Assembly (NCBI RefSeq): GCF_963921235.1
Contig: NC_086100.1
Coordinates: 201,130,001 to 201,194,000 of the forward strand
Length of the DNA: 64,000 nt
Source: Mobula hypostoma
Taxonomy: Eukaryota
Reading direction: 5' to 3'
Positions 1 through 12,500 of the stretch are shown here, in pieces (position 1 is the first letter of the stretch; the number at the start of each line of letters is the position of its first letter). Both the position numbers and the translations under genes were made by a program. The notes under the pieces are model-generated. The model made no database searches. It was not told the DNA's origin and saw only the letters and a program-made list of their open reading frames with translations.

Positions 1-620
1 TATTAACATTCATTTCAATATAAAAACAAGGATGTAATGTTAAGGCTTTATAAATCACTGGTGAGGCCTCACTAGGAGTATTGTGAGCAGTTCTGGGCCC
101 CTTATCTTGGAAAGGATGAGCTGAAACTGGAGAGGGTTCAAAGGAGGATCATGAAAATGATTCCAGGATTGAGTGGGTTGTCATATGAAGAGTATTTGTT
201 GGAGCTGGGCCTGTATTCACCAGAATTCAGAAGAATGAGGGGTGACTTCATTGAAACCTATTGAATGTTGAAAGGCCTCAATAGAGTGGGTGTGGAGAGG
301 ATGCTTCCTGTGGTGGGAGAGTCTAAGACCAGAGGACACAGCCTCAGAATAGAGGGGCGTCCTTTTAGAATGGAGATGAGGAATTTCTTTATCCAGAGAG
401 TGGTGAATCTGTGGAATTCATTGCCACAGGCAGCTGAGGAGGCCAAATATTTATGTATATTTAAGGCTGAGTTTGATAGATTCTTGATTGGTCAGAGCAT
501 GAAGGGATGAGGGGAGAAGGCAGGAGACTGGGGCTGAGGGGAAAACTGGATCAGTCATGATGAAGTGGCGGAGCAGACTCGATCGTTCAAATGGCCTAAT
601 TCTGTTGTATCTTCTGGTCT
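1..620 (+). mobile_element. CR1 LINE 3' fragment
   Basis: [13 protein letters not shown], [24 protein letters not shown] motifs; CR1 3' UTR ggcctaattctg. Confidence 0.9.
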
Positions 621-987
621 TACCTTACCAGAAGTGCCAAATTACAATAAGATATATTTTAAAAATTAAATAGATAAGTAGTACAAAAAGAGTAAAAATA
701 CTGAGCTAGTGTTCGTGGTTCATTGTGCATTTAGAAATCTGATGGCAGAGGGGAAGAAGCTGGTTCTGGAACATTGCATGGGTGCTGTCAAGCTCCCGTA
801 CCTCTGCCATGGTGAAGGCAATGAGAAGAGGTGATGGGGGTTCTGAACGGTGGATGCTGTCTTTTTGAGGCATCGCCTTTCGAAGGGGTCCTCTGCTGGA
901 GAGGCTAGCGCCTAATGTGGAGCTGGCGGAGCTGGCCACGGTGTGATAAGCAAGGCCATCTGGATCTCACTGCTGCTCTCTCCTCAG

Positions 988-1183
988 TTTCTGCCGGCAG
1001 GCACGGTCTGTAGACCAAAGCGGGGAGAATGCGACTTGCCAGAGTTCTGCACAGGCCAATCCCAGGACTGTCCCAACAATCACTACGTGAAAGACGGTCA
1101 GAAGTGCAGCAAAGGAGGACTCTACTGCAGCCATGGGACCTGCCAGTCTGCCAACCAGCAATGCCAGGACATCTGGGGTCCAG
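988..1183 (+). CDS. ADAM exon: disintegrin C-terminal half and start of Cys-rich domain
   Basis: Acceptor ctctcctcag|TTT, donor CAG|gtgagt; [29 protein letters not shown]...QQCQDIWGP; phase 0 to 1. Confidence 0.97.
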
Positions 1184-3519
1184 GTGAGTACTGGCTTCTC
1201 ACAGTCACCATGTCCAGTTTTTAACAGAGCATGTCCCTCTATCCTGAGGCTGAAACACAGGACTACCTCAGTGCTGAACACAAGAAATAGGGCCAGGACA
1301 AGGTCATTTGGCCCTTAACACCTCTTCATTATTCCTCAGGGGCATTCTCCTTGTGGTTCTTAACTCTGTTCATTGCCGGACATTGATAGTCCCTAGTTTG
1401 AGCTGGAACAGTGATCGAGGTTCCACAGCCTGTAGGGTTGAGAATTCCGCAGTGGCTCCTATACACCCCACCCCATCATCTGAGGGGCATTAAATGCTGG
1501 CCATACCATTTGAAGTTGTACAAGACATTGTATAGTCTGGGCACCTACCTGCAGGCAAGATGTCAGTAAGATTGAAAGGATGCAGAGGAAATTTAAAAGG
1601 ATGATGCTGAAACATGAGGAACTGAGTTATAGGGGAAGTTTGCACAGGCTAGGACTGTTATTCCCAGCAGTGTAGGAAATGATGGAAATATGATAGAGGT
1701 AGACTAAATTATGAGGGGCATAGATAGTGGAAAGAGCCTGCTTGCATTTCTCTGAGATTGGGTACGACTGCCACTAGAAGTCATGGGCTAAGGGTGAAAG
1801 GTGAAATGCTGAAGGGGGAACGTGGGGGGATGGGCTTTTCACTCGGGTGGTGCTGAGAGTGTAGAACGAACTGCCAGCACAAATGGCGAATGTGGGTTCG
1901 ATTTTACCATTCAGGAGAAGCTTGGATAGGTACATTGATAGGAGGGGTATGGAGGGCTCTGGTGTTAGGAATAGGCAGAATAATAGTCTGGCATGGACCA
2001 GATGAGCTAAGGGGGCTGTTTCTGTGCTGTAGTGCTCTACCAGTCTGTGACTGTCTGTAACACCCAGATCCTGAGCAATGGATCAGAGAAAAATGCTTCC
2101 CCACCTTCCCTGCTCACTCAGTACGGCAGGAGCTCAGCACGTTGTAGACACCAGAAGGTCTGGTGGTGAGTGTAAAATGCATTATTGTCCCATTTCCCTT
2201 TGATAGGTGCAATATCCGCTGAAAAGCTTTGCTATGAAGTTACGAACGAACAAGGGAACAAGTACGGGAACTGTGGTCAAGACGAGAACAATAATTACAT
2301 TGCATGCCAGTCCAAGTAGGTATTGCAGTACAATCGTGATCTGAACAACACTGTTAGCCCAGCACCTTTATTGTGAGAGCAAATAAGCAGCTTGTGCTGT
2401 TGTGAATGACTTCAGTTATAAAAATACTGATAATCTGTCACATCAGAACACGCTGAACTGATTGTATGATGCATTCTGCAAAACTCATATTTGTTTTCAC
2501 ACCACACACGTTTCTCATGGATCGCTGGATCAGAGTGTGAGTCACAGCACGTGCCGGCCAGCTGAATTCCAGGGGCGAGGTGAGAGTGCCCCCCCCCACC
2601 CCCCGTCACGTGGCAGCGCCTGTCCACGTGCCATGGAGCTGCCCGAGGAAAACTGGTTCTCAAAGGGAAAACCCTTGAGCGGCGTGGCTGGAGTGAATCT
2701 GTGGCACTCTGATGTTTTCAACCCAAGCTTCCTTCAGAAGTCAGGGAAGAGGCACAGAACTTGTTTCAGGATTGTTTTATTGTGTTGCTGGGAAAGAGAA
2801 TTGGAAAGAGGTACTGATAAAAGTTGAGTAAGGGAAGCAGAAAGATGGTGCCACTGATGGTCAGCTCTTTTTATACACGTTGGTAAGAAACATAGAACAA
2901 TACAACGGCAGGAACAGGCCATTCAGCCCACAATGTTGTACTGAACCAGCGAAACGCCCAAACACTAATCCCACCTACCCACGCCATGTCCACAGCCCTC
3001 CATCTTCCTCACATCCGTGTGCCTATCCAAGCATCTCCTAAAAGCCCCTCCCACCATACCAGGCATCCACAACTCTGAGTAAAAGACCTACCCCTCACTT
3101 CTCCTTTTGAACCTACCCAGTGTCACCTTCAATTCATGCCTGCTGGTATTAAACATTTCAACCCTGGGAAACCCTGTCCACTCTATCTCTGCCTTTCATA
3201 ATCCTGTAAGCCTCTATCATATCTCCCCTCAGCCTCCCACACTCCAGAGAAACCAACCCAAGTTTGTCCAGCCTCCGTGATAGCACATGCCCTTTAAATC
3301 TCTTCTGCAAAGCCTCGACATCCTTCCTATAGTGGGGCGACCAGGACTGTGCACAATACCGGGAATGTGATGGGCAAACCAGAGTTTTATAAAGCTAACA
3401 TTCCATACAAATTTGCAGATAAGAGTCAGCCAAACCGAAAGCCCCTATTCAAATAATGCAACAACAAAGAAACTTCCAGAGTGTTCCAGAATCACAAAAA
3501 TACAGCCACTAGGACGGAC

Positions 3520-3563
<44 letters not shown>

Positions 3564-6500
3564 AATTCGAGCAACACTCACACAATGCTGGAGGAACTCA
3601 GCAGGCCAGGCAGCATCAATGGAAAAGAGTACAGTTGAGTTCCTCCAGCATTTTGTGTGTGTTGCATATGCTGCTGTTCATCCTTCGTAGTCAAAGATGA
3701 CCATGACTTCAAAGTCAAATGGGAGATTGGTGGCTGTGGGTCCGGAGGTGACTGATGAGGCCAATCCGGGCCCTGAAGGCTCGCCCACATGTGGGACACA
3801 AGTGGGTGGGTTCTGTCGTGGCAGTGGATGCTGCTCGGGCCTTGCGCACAGCACGCTTTCGTTGCGTCTCGATGATGCGCCTGACTTCAGCTGCACGGGC
3901 TCCTGTGGTGATCTTGCTGCGCCAAGCTGGACGGTCGAGGGCAAGCGTCTCCCACGTGTTGATGTCGAATCCCAGGCCTTTGAGGGACGCTTTGAGGCAG
4001 TCTTTGTAACGTTTCTTCTGCCCCCCGACTGAGCGCCTGACCTGACACCATTCTTCGTAAAGCAGCTGCTTAGGCAATCGGTTGTCTGGCATTCTGACCA
4101 CATGTCCAGCCCACCTGGCTTGGGCTTTCAGCAGGAGGGTGTAGATGCTGCGGAGCCCAGCTCGTTCCAGGATTTCCGTGTCGGGGACTTTGTCCTGCCA
4201 CCTGATGTGTTGCATATAGAAAATATAGAAAAAACATAAAACCTACAGTGCAATACAGGCCCTTCGGCCCACAGAGTTGTGCCGAACATGTCCCTACCAT
4301 AGAAATTACTAGGCTTACCTATAACCCTCTATTTTACTAAGCTCCATGTACCTATCAAAAAGTCTCTTAAAAGACCCTATCCTATCCGCTTCCACCACCG
4401 TTGCCGGCAGCCCATTCCACGCACTCACCACCCTCTGAGTAAAAAAACTTACCCCTGACATCTCCTCTGTACCTACTTCTGAGCACCTGAAACCTGTGTC
4501 CTCTTGTGGCAACCATTTCAGCCCCGGGAAAAAGCCTCTGACTATCCACATGATCAATGCCTCTCATCATCTTATACACCTCTATCAGGTCACCTCACAT
4601 CCTCCGTCACTCCAAGGAGAAAAGGCCGAGTTCACTCAACCTGTCTTCATAAGGCATGCTCCCCAATCCAGGCAACATCCTTGTAAATCTCCTCTGCACC
4701 CTTTCTATGGCTTCCACATCCTTCCTGTAGTGAGGCGACCAGAACTGAGCACAGTACTCCAAGTGGGGTCTGACCAGGGTCCTATATAGCTGCAACATTA
4801 CCTCTCGGCTCCTGAATTCAATTCCACGATTGATGAAGGCCAATTTTACCGTATGCCTTCTTAACCACAGAGTCAACCTGCGCAGCAGCTTTGAGTGTCC
4901 TATGGACTTGGACCCCAAGATCCCTCTGATCCTCCACACTGCCAAGAGTCTTACCATTAATACTATACTCTGCCATCATATCTGACCCACCAAAACGAAC
5001 CACCTCACACTTATCTGGGTTGAACTCCATCTGCCACTTCTCAGCACAGTTCTGCATCCTATCAATGTCCCGTTGTAACCTCTGACAGCCCTCCACACTA
5101 TCCACAACACCCCCAACCTTTGTGTCATCAGCAAACTTACTAACCAATCCCTCAACTTCCTCATCCAGGGCATTTATAAAAATCACAAAGAGTAGGGGTC
5201 CCAGATCCCTGGGGCACACCACTGGTGACCAACCTCCATGCAGAATATGACCCATCTACAACCACTCTTTGCCTTCTGTGGGCAAGCCTGTTCTGGATCC
5301 ATAAAGCAATGTCCCATTGGATCCCATGCCTCCTTACTTTCTCAATAAGCCTTGCATGGGGTACTTTATCAAATGCCTTGCTGAAATCTATATACACTAC
5401 ATCTACTGCTCTTCCTTCATCAATGTGTTTAGTCACATCCTCAAAAAATTCAATCTGGCTCGTAAGGCACGACCTGCCCTTGACAAAGCCGTTCTGACTA
5501 CTAATCATATACCTCTCCAAATGTTGATAAATCCTGCCTGTCAGGATCTTCTCCATCAACTTACCAACCACTGAGGTAAGACTCACTGGTCTATAATTTC
5601 CTGGCCTATCTCTACTCCCTTTCTTGAATAAAGGAACAACATCCGCAACCCTCCAATTCTCCGGAACCTCTCCCGTCCCCATTGATGATGCAAAGGTCAT
5701 CGACAGAGGCTGAGCAATCTCCTCCCTCACCTCCCACAGTAGCCTGGGCTACATCTCATCCGGTCCCGGTGACTTATCCAACTTGATGCTTTCCAAAAGC
5801 TCCAGCATGTCTTCGTAACATCTATATGCTCAAGCTTTTCAGTCTGTTCCAAGTTATCACTACAATCACCAAGATCCTTTTCCACAGTGAATACTGAAGT
5901 AAAATATTCATTAAGTACCTCTGCTATTTCCTCCGGTTCCATACACACTTTCCCACCGTCACACTTGATTGGTCCTATTCTTTCACATCTTATCCTCTTG
6001 CTCTTCACATACTTGTAGAATGCCTTGGGGTTTTCCTTAACCCTGCCTGACAAGGCCTTCTCATGGCCCCTTCTGGCTCTCCTAATTTCCTTCTTAAACT
6101 CCTTCCTATTAGCCTTAAAATCTTCTGGATCTCTAACATTACCTAGCTCCCTGAATCTTTTGTAAGCTTTTCTTTTCTTCTTGACGAGATTTATTACAAC
6201 CTTTGTACACCACGGTTCCTGTACCATACCATGACTTCCCTGTCTCATTGGAAAGTAAATATGCTGAACTCCACACAAATATCCCCTGAATATTTGCTAC
6301 ATTTCTTCTGTACTTTTCCTGAGAACATCTGTTTCCAATTTAGCCTCCAATTTCCTGCCTGATCACCTCATAATTCCCCTTACTCCAATTAAATGCTTTT
6401 CTAACTTGCCTGTTTCTATCTCTCTGACACCTGACCAGGATCATTTCCTAATACCAAATCAAGTACAGTCTCTCCTCTAGCTGGCTTATCTACATATTGT

Positions 6501-9500
6501 GTCAAGAAACCTTCCTGAACACACCAGACAAACTCTACCCCATCTAAACCCCTTGCTTTAGGGAGATGCCAATCGATATCTGGGAAATTAAAATCTCCCA
6601 TCACAACAGCACTGTTATTATTACACCTGTCCAGGATCTGTTTCCCTATCTGCTCCTCGATATCCCTGTTACTATTGGCCGGCCTATTAAAAAAAAAACA
6701 GTAAAGTTATTGACCCCCTCCTGTTCCTAACCTCCACCCACAGGGTCTCCGTAGACAATCCTTAAATGGCGTCCACCTTTTCTGCAGCCGAGACACTATC
6801 TCTGATCAACAATGCCACGCCCCACCTCTCTTGCCTCCCTCCCTGTCCTTTCTCAAACATCTAAAACCCGGCACTTGAAGTAACCATTCCTGTCCCTGAG
6901 CCATCCAAGTCTCTGTAATGGCCACAACATCATAGCTCCAAGTACTGATCCACGCTCTAAACTCATCCACTTTGTTCACAATACTCCTTGCGTTAAAATA
7001 GACACATCTGAAACCTTCGGTCTAAGCGCGTCCCTTCTCTATCACCTGCCTATCCTCCCTCTTGCATTGCCTACAAGCTTTCTCTATTTGTGAGTCAACC
7101 TCCTCTTCCCCAGTTTCTTCAGTTTGATTCCCATACCCCAACAATTCTAGTTTAAACTCTCCCCAATAGCCTTCGCAAACCTCCCGGCCAGGATATTGGT
7201 CCCTCTGGGATTCAAGTGCAACCCGTCCTCTTTGTACAGGTCACACCTGCCCCAAAAAGGTTCCAATGATGCAGAAATCTGAATCCCTGCCCCCTGCTCC
7301 AATCCCTCAGCCATGCATTTATCCTCCACCTCATTCGATTCCTATTCTCACTGTCACGTGGCACAGGCAGTAATCCCGAGATTACTACCTTTGCGGTCCT
7401 GCTTCTCAACTTCCTTCCTAACTCCCTGTCATCTGTTTTCAGGACCTCCTCCCTTTTCCTACCTATGTCATTGGTACCAATATGTACCATGACCTCTGGC
7501 TGTTCTCCCTCCCACTGCAGGATATCTTGGACGCTATCTGAAACATCCCGGACCCTGGCACCTGGGAGGCAAACTACCATCCGAGTTTCTTTCCTGCATC
7601 CACAGAATCGCCTGTCTGACCCCCTAACTATAGAGTCCCCTATCACTACTGCCTTCCTCTTCCTTTCCCTACCCTTCTGAGCCACAGGGCCGGACTCTGT
7701 GCCAGAGGCACGGTCACTGTTGTTTCCCCCAAGTAGACTGTCCCCCCAACAGTACTCAAACAGGAGTACTTATTTTTCAGGGGTACAACCACAGGGGTAC
7801 TCTGTAGTACCTGACTCTTCCCCCTTCCCCCTCCTGACTGTGACCCACTTGTCTGCCTCCCGTGGCCCCGGTGTGACCACCTGCCTATAACTCCTTTCTA
7901 TCACCTCCTCACTCTCCCTGACCAGACGAAGGTCATCGAGCTGTAACTCCATTACCCTAACGTGGTCCCTTAGGAGCTGCAGCTCGACACGTCAGGTGCA
8001 GATATGGCTGTCCGGGAGGCTGGGAGACTCCAGGACCTCCCATATCCAACACCGAGCACAGAAAACTGGCCTCATACACATACTTCCTCCTTTCTGCAAA
8101 TAACACCGGTAGACCTACCCTGACTTGTCCCGTTACCGTCCAAGCCCATTGAGCCAAAGCCCTATCATTCTGCCGCCTCTCACTCCACTGCCCGCTCTGA
8201 ATGCTGCCTGCTGGATATGGTGGTCTTTTTAAACCTTTCGCGCTGTGCTGGCTGATTATACACATGGTGGCCATTAGGGGACATACTGAGCAACTGCATA
8301 TACACACTGTGGCCAGTAGGAAACACTCTGAAGAACTGCATACACATAGCGCTGTCACTGGGAAGCATACCAACATAAGAACATAAGAAATAGGAGCAGG
8401 AGTCAGCCATCTGGCCTGTCGAGCCTGCCCTGCCATTCAATAAGATCATGGCTGAACTGGCTATGGATTCACCTCCACCTACCTGCCTTTTCCCCATAAC
8501 CCTTAATTCCCTACTATGTAAAAATCTATCCAACCTTTGCTTAAATACATTTACTGAGGTAGTGTCCACTGCTTCATTTGGCAGAGAATTTCACAGATTC
8601 ACCACACTCTGGGAAAAGCAGTTTCTCCTTATCTCTGTCCTAGATCTACTCCCCTGAATCTTGAGGCTATGTCCGCTAGTTCTAGTCTCTAAACAATTAT
8701 ATTGATATAAGAATTATTTAAAATACAAGCAAATGAAACCCCCCTTTACTGGACATCTCCGGAAAACCATCTCGTTAGCCCCTCACTAATAGCCACTGGA
8801 CTCTGTGGTGAGAAACCCATCTTGCTCAGGTTTCGTACGTCGTGTGTGTGTATGACTTTTGTCCCACCGAAACCGTAAGGCTGGGATGTCTCACCCACTC
8901 AGACTCTGTATGAATGCTCACAAAATGCTGGAGGAACTCAGCAGGCCAGGTAGCATCCATGGAAAAAGAGTACAGTCGACGTTCAAGGCCGAGACCCTTG
9001 ATTCCTGCTGAAACATCGACTCTGCTCTTTTCCATAGATGCTGCCTGGCCTGCTGAGTTCCTTCAGCACTCTGTGCGCGTTGCTTGGATTTCCAGCATCT
9101 GCAGATTCTCTCTTGTTTGTGATTACATATTGAAGATTTCTCCCAGATGTACTTTGTATAAATCACATTAGGGAAGTTGAATCTGCATACAATTTAACAA
9201 ACGGAATTTAGACATGGTGATGTCAGCCCTGTGAGTGATATGGTGAATTTTGTTTGAAGAAGGGGATTGGTTAATACCTGATAGGGTTGGACTTTCCACA
9301 TCCTTAGATTACACAGTGTGCTTTGGAATCTTTCTAAACTGAGGATAATGTTGAAAGGAAGTATCTTCCCCGATGTTCAGAAACATCAAATTATTAGCTG
9401 GAAATAAAATTATTTGAAAAGTTAGGCAGCTTTCCTAATTGTTGTCTTGGCGATAGGAATAGGAGGAGGTGAACTAGCCTCCTCAGGAATAAAACTCATT

Positions 9501-12500
9501 TATACTGGGCAAATCAGAGTGGCAAAAATCAGCTTGAAGGCTAATTTCTGAAAGTATCAGGGGAATTTCTCCCAACGATTCCCCTGTTTAACGATAAGGA
9601 AACAGTACCTCCACCAGTCATTGGGAACGAGACAGGACTAGTCATTCAGGAGATTTTGCAGATGCTGGAAATCCAGAGCAAAGCACACTAAATGCCGGAA
9701 GATTTCAGCATATATGGAGGAGAAAAAACAGTCGACGTTTCGAGATGAAAACCTTCATCTCAACCTGAAATATTTTTCTGTTTGTTCCTTTTCATAGACA
9801 GTGCCTGATCTGTTGAGTTCCTGTAGCATTTTGTGTGTGTTGGACTAGTTAACTGGCTCATTGCAGAGAGCCCTGAGGTACGGAAGGCTAGCCTTCGGCT
9901 ATGGCAGCCAGTACAGACAGCTGGCCTTTACTCAAGGGGTTTGGAGAATAAAAGTAGTCAAATCTTACTGCATCCATCCAGACACTAGTGAGACCACATC
10001 CAAAGTGCAGTCACGGTCCTGCTCTCCTTATCTAAGGAGAGATATATAATTGAGTCCATTCAGAAACAGTGTCAGGGATCTGAGGGGTAACTTTTTCCAC
10101 ACACTGAGTGTTTGCTCGTGAGCTGCCAGAGTACGAGGTGGAGATGGGAGGAGTTACAGCATTGAGGGGTGTCAGGATAGGTACCTGAATGAGGGATGGA
10201 GGGAGATGGAATTAATGTAGGCAAGTGGTATGATAGACACAGTTGTCAGTACAGGTGTGGTGGACTGAAGGAGCTGTTTCTGTGGTCTGCAACGCTGCAT
10301 CAATCTGTGAAAGGGTCTCTAAGATGGCCCCAGATATGCAGGATGGGCTTATAAGCAACACTAGAACAGATTGGGTTTGTATTCATTGGAGAGCTGGGAA
10401 GAATTCCTCAGTGAGAGGTCACTGAGACACAGAGGGTCACAGGGGTGGGGTGTGGGGGGAGGGTTCCCTCAGTGAGAGGTCACCAAGACAGACAGGGATA
10501 CAGGGTGGGGGGTGTTTCCCCAGTGAGAGGTCACTGAGACTCAGAGGGACATGGAGGTGGGGTAGATGCCCTCAGTGAGCGAACACCAAGATACACGGGG
10601 TGGGTGGGGGTGCTGCCCCCAATGAGAGGTCACTGAGTGTCACAGGGACACGGGGGGGGGGTGGTGGTGGTGAAGATGTTCCCACAGTGGGACAGTCACT
10701 GAGACATATTGATGTGTCGAGGAGGTGAGGTTGTTCCTGAGTTGGGGGGAGCGGTCACCGAGACTCACGTGGATGTGTCAGAGGGATGGGGGGAAGGTGT
10801 TTTACTGAGTTCCACCAGTACAGGTTGGGGGGGGGAGCAGAAATGGGGGAATTTCATGGGCCTGTTGGATTGCACGTGGCTACAATGAGGGTGTTGACTT
10901 GTAACTGTCCCACATTAGTCACTACGTTAGCCCGGCCTCAGCAAGGCGCCACTCCGTCCTTGCACGCACGGTGATTGCATTGTCTGAACATCTCTCCTGC
11001 AGGGACGTTCAGTGTGGAAAGATCCAGTGCAAGGGTGGAAACACAACTCCGCTGCGAGGAGGAAGCATCACCACGGTAACCAGCTCACTGGTTTACAGAG
11101 GCATCAAGTATACCTGTCGGGCAATCTTCACAACATTAGGTGATGCCAATAGTGACGACCTTGTCCACCAGGGAACCAAGTGTGGGATCGGCAAGGTAAG
11201 TGATTGTAGATCGCAGGGTGTGAGCAGAAACTGGGGTTGTATCCTCAAATACCCCAAGGACCAATTTCTTGTTCAAGCTTAATTGTCATTCAATCATACC
11301 CAAACAAAACAGTGCTAAATACAGTCCCAAACAGCACCCAGTACAGAAACAGGCCCTTCAGCCTGTCTAGTCTATGCCAAACCATTAATTAGTCTACCTT
11401 GCTCCACCCACCAGCACCTGGACCACAGCCATCCGACTTCCCCCATTCACATACCTATCCAAATTTCCCTTAAGTGTTGAAACCAAACCCGGACCCGCCA
11501 CTTTCACTGGCAGCTCATTCCACACTCTCGCAGCTCTCTGAGAGAGGACATTCCTCCTCCTGTATGTACTTGGAGGCACATGATAAAATAAGCCAGAGTC
11601 AGCTCAGCTTCCTTAAGGGAAAATCTTGCCTGATAAATCTGTTGGACATCTTTGAAGAAATAACAAGCAGGACAGACAAAGGAGAATCAGTTGATGTTAC
11701 GTACTTGGATATTCAGAAGTCCTTTGACAAGGTGCCACACATGAGACCGCTTATAGAATAGTACAGCACAGTACAGGCCCTTCGGCCCACAATGTTGTGC
11801 CGACCCTCAAACCCTGCCTCCCATATAAGCCCCCACCTTAAATTCCTCTATATACCTCCATATCACGCTACAAGCCCATGGAAAGAATCTAGCAGGGATA
11901 AAACAGTGGCTAATTGGGAGGAGGCAAAGAGTGGGAATAAAGGGAGCTTTTTCTGGTTGGCTGCCTATGACTAGTGGTGCTCCACAGGGTTCTGTGTCGG
12001 GACCGATTCTTTTTACTTTATATGTCAATGGTTTGCGTGATGGAATTAGTGGCTTTGTTGCAAAGTTTGCAGACGACACAAAGATGAGTGGAGGGGCAGG
12101 TAGTATTGAGGAAGTAGTGACTTAGGAGAATGGGCAGAGATGTCAGGTGGAATACAGAGTCAGGAAGTGTATGGTCATGCACTGAGCCAGAAGAAATGAA
12201 AGGGTTGACGATTTTCTGAATGGAGAGCAAGTACAAAAAGAAACTGAGATGCAAAGGGACTTGGGAGTCCTTCTGCAGGATTCCCAGAAGGTTAATTTAC
12301 AGGTTGAGTCTATGGTGAGGAAGGCAAATGCAATGTTAGCATTCATTTCAAGAGGACTAGAATATAAACGCAAGGATGTAAAGTTGAGACTTTATAAAGC
12401 ACTGGTGAGGCCTCACCTGGAATATTGTGAGCAGTTTTGAGCCTCTTATCTTCGAAAGGATGTGCTGAAACTGGAGAGGGTTCAAAGGAAGTTCATGAAA

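Noticed and set aside
10405..10800. CRISPR-like repeat-spacer look
   Set aside because: Vertebrate intron, spacers are related G-rich sequence, repeats are degenerate and there are no cas genes; it is a minisatellite
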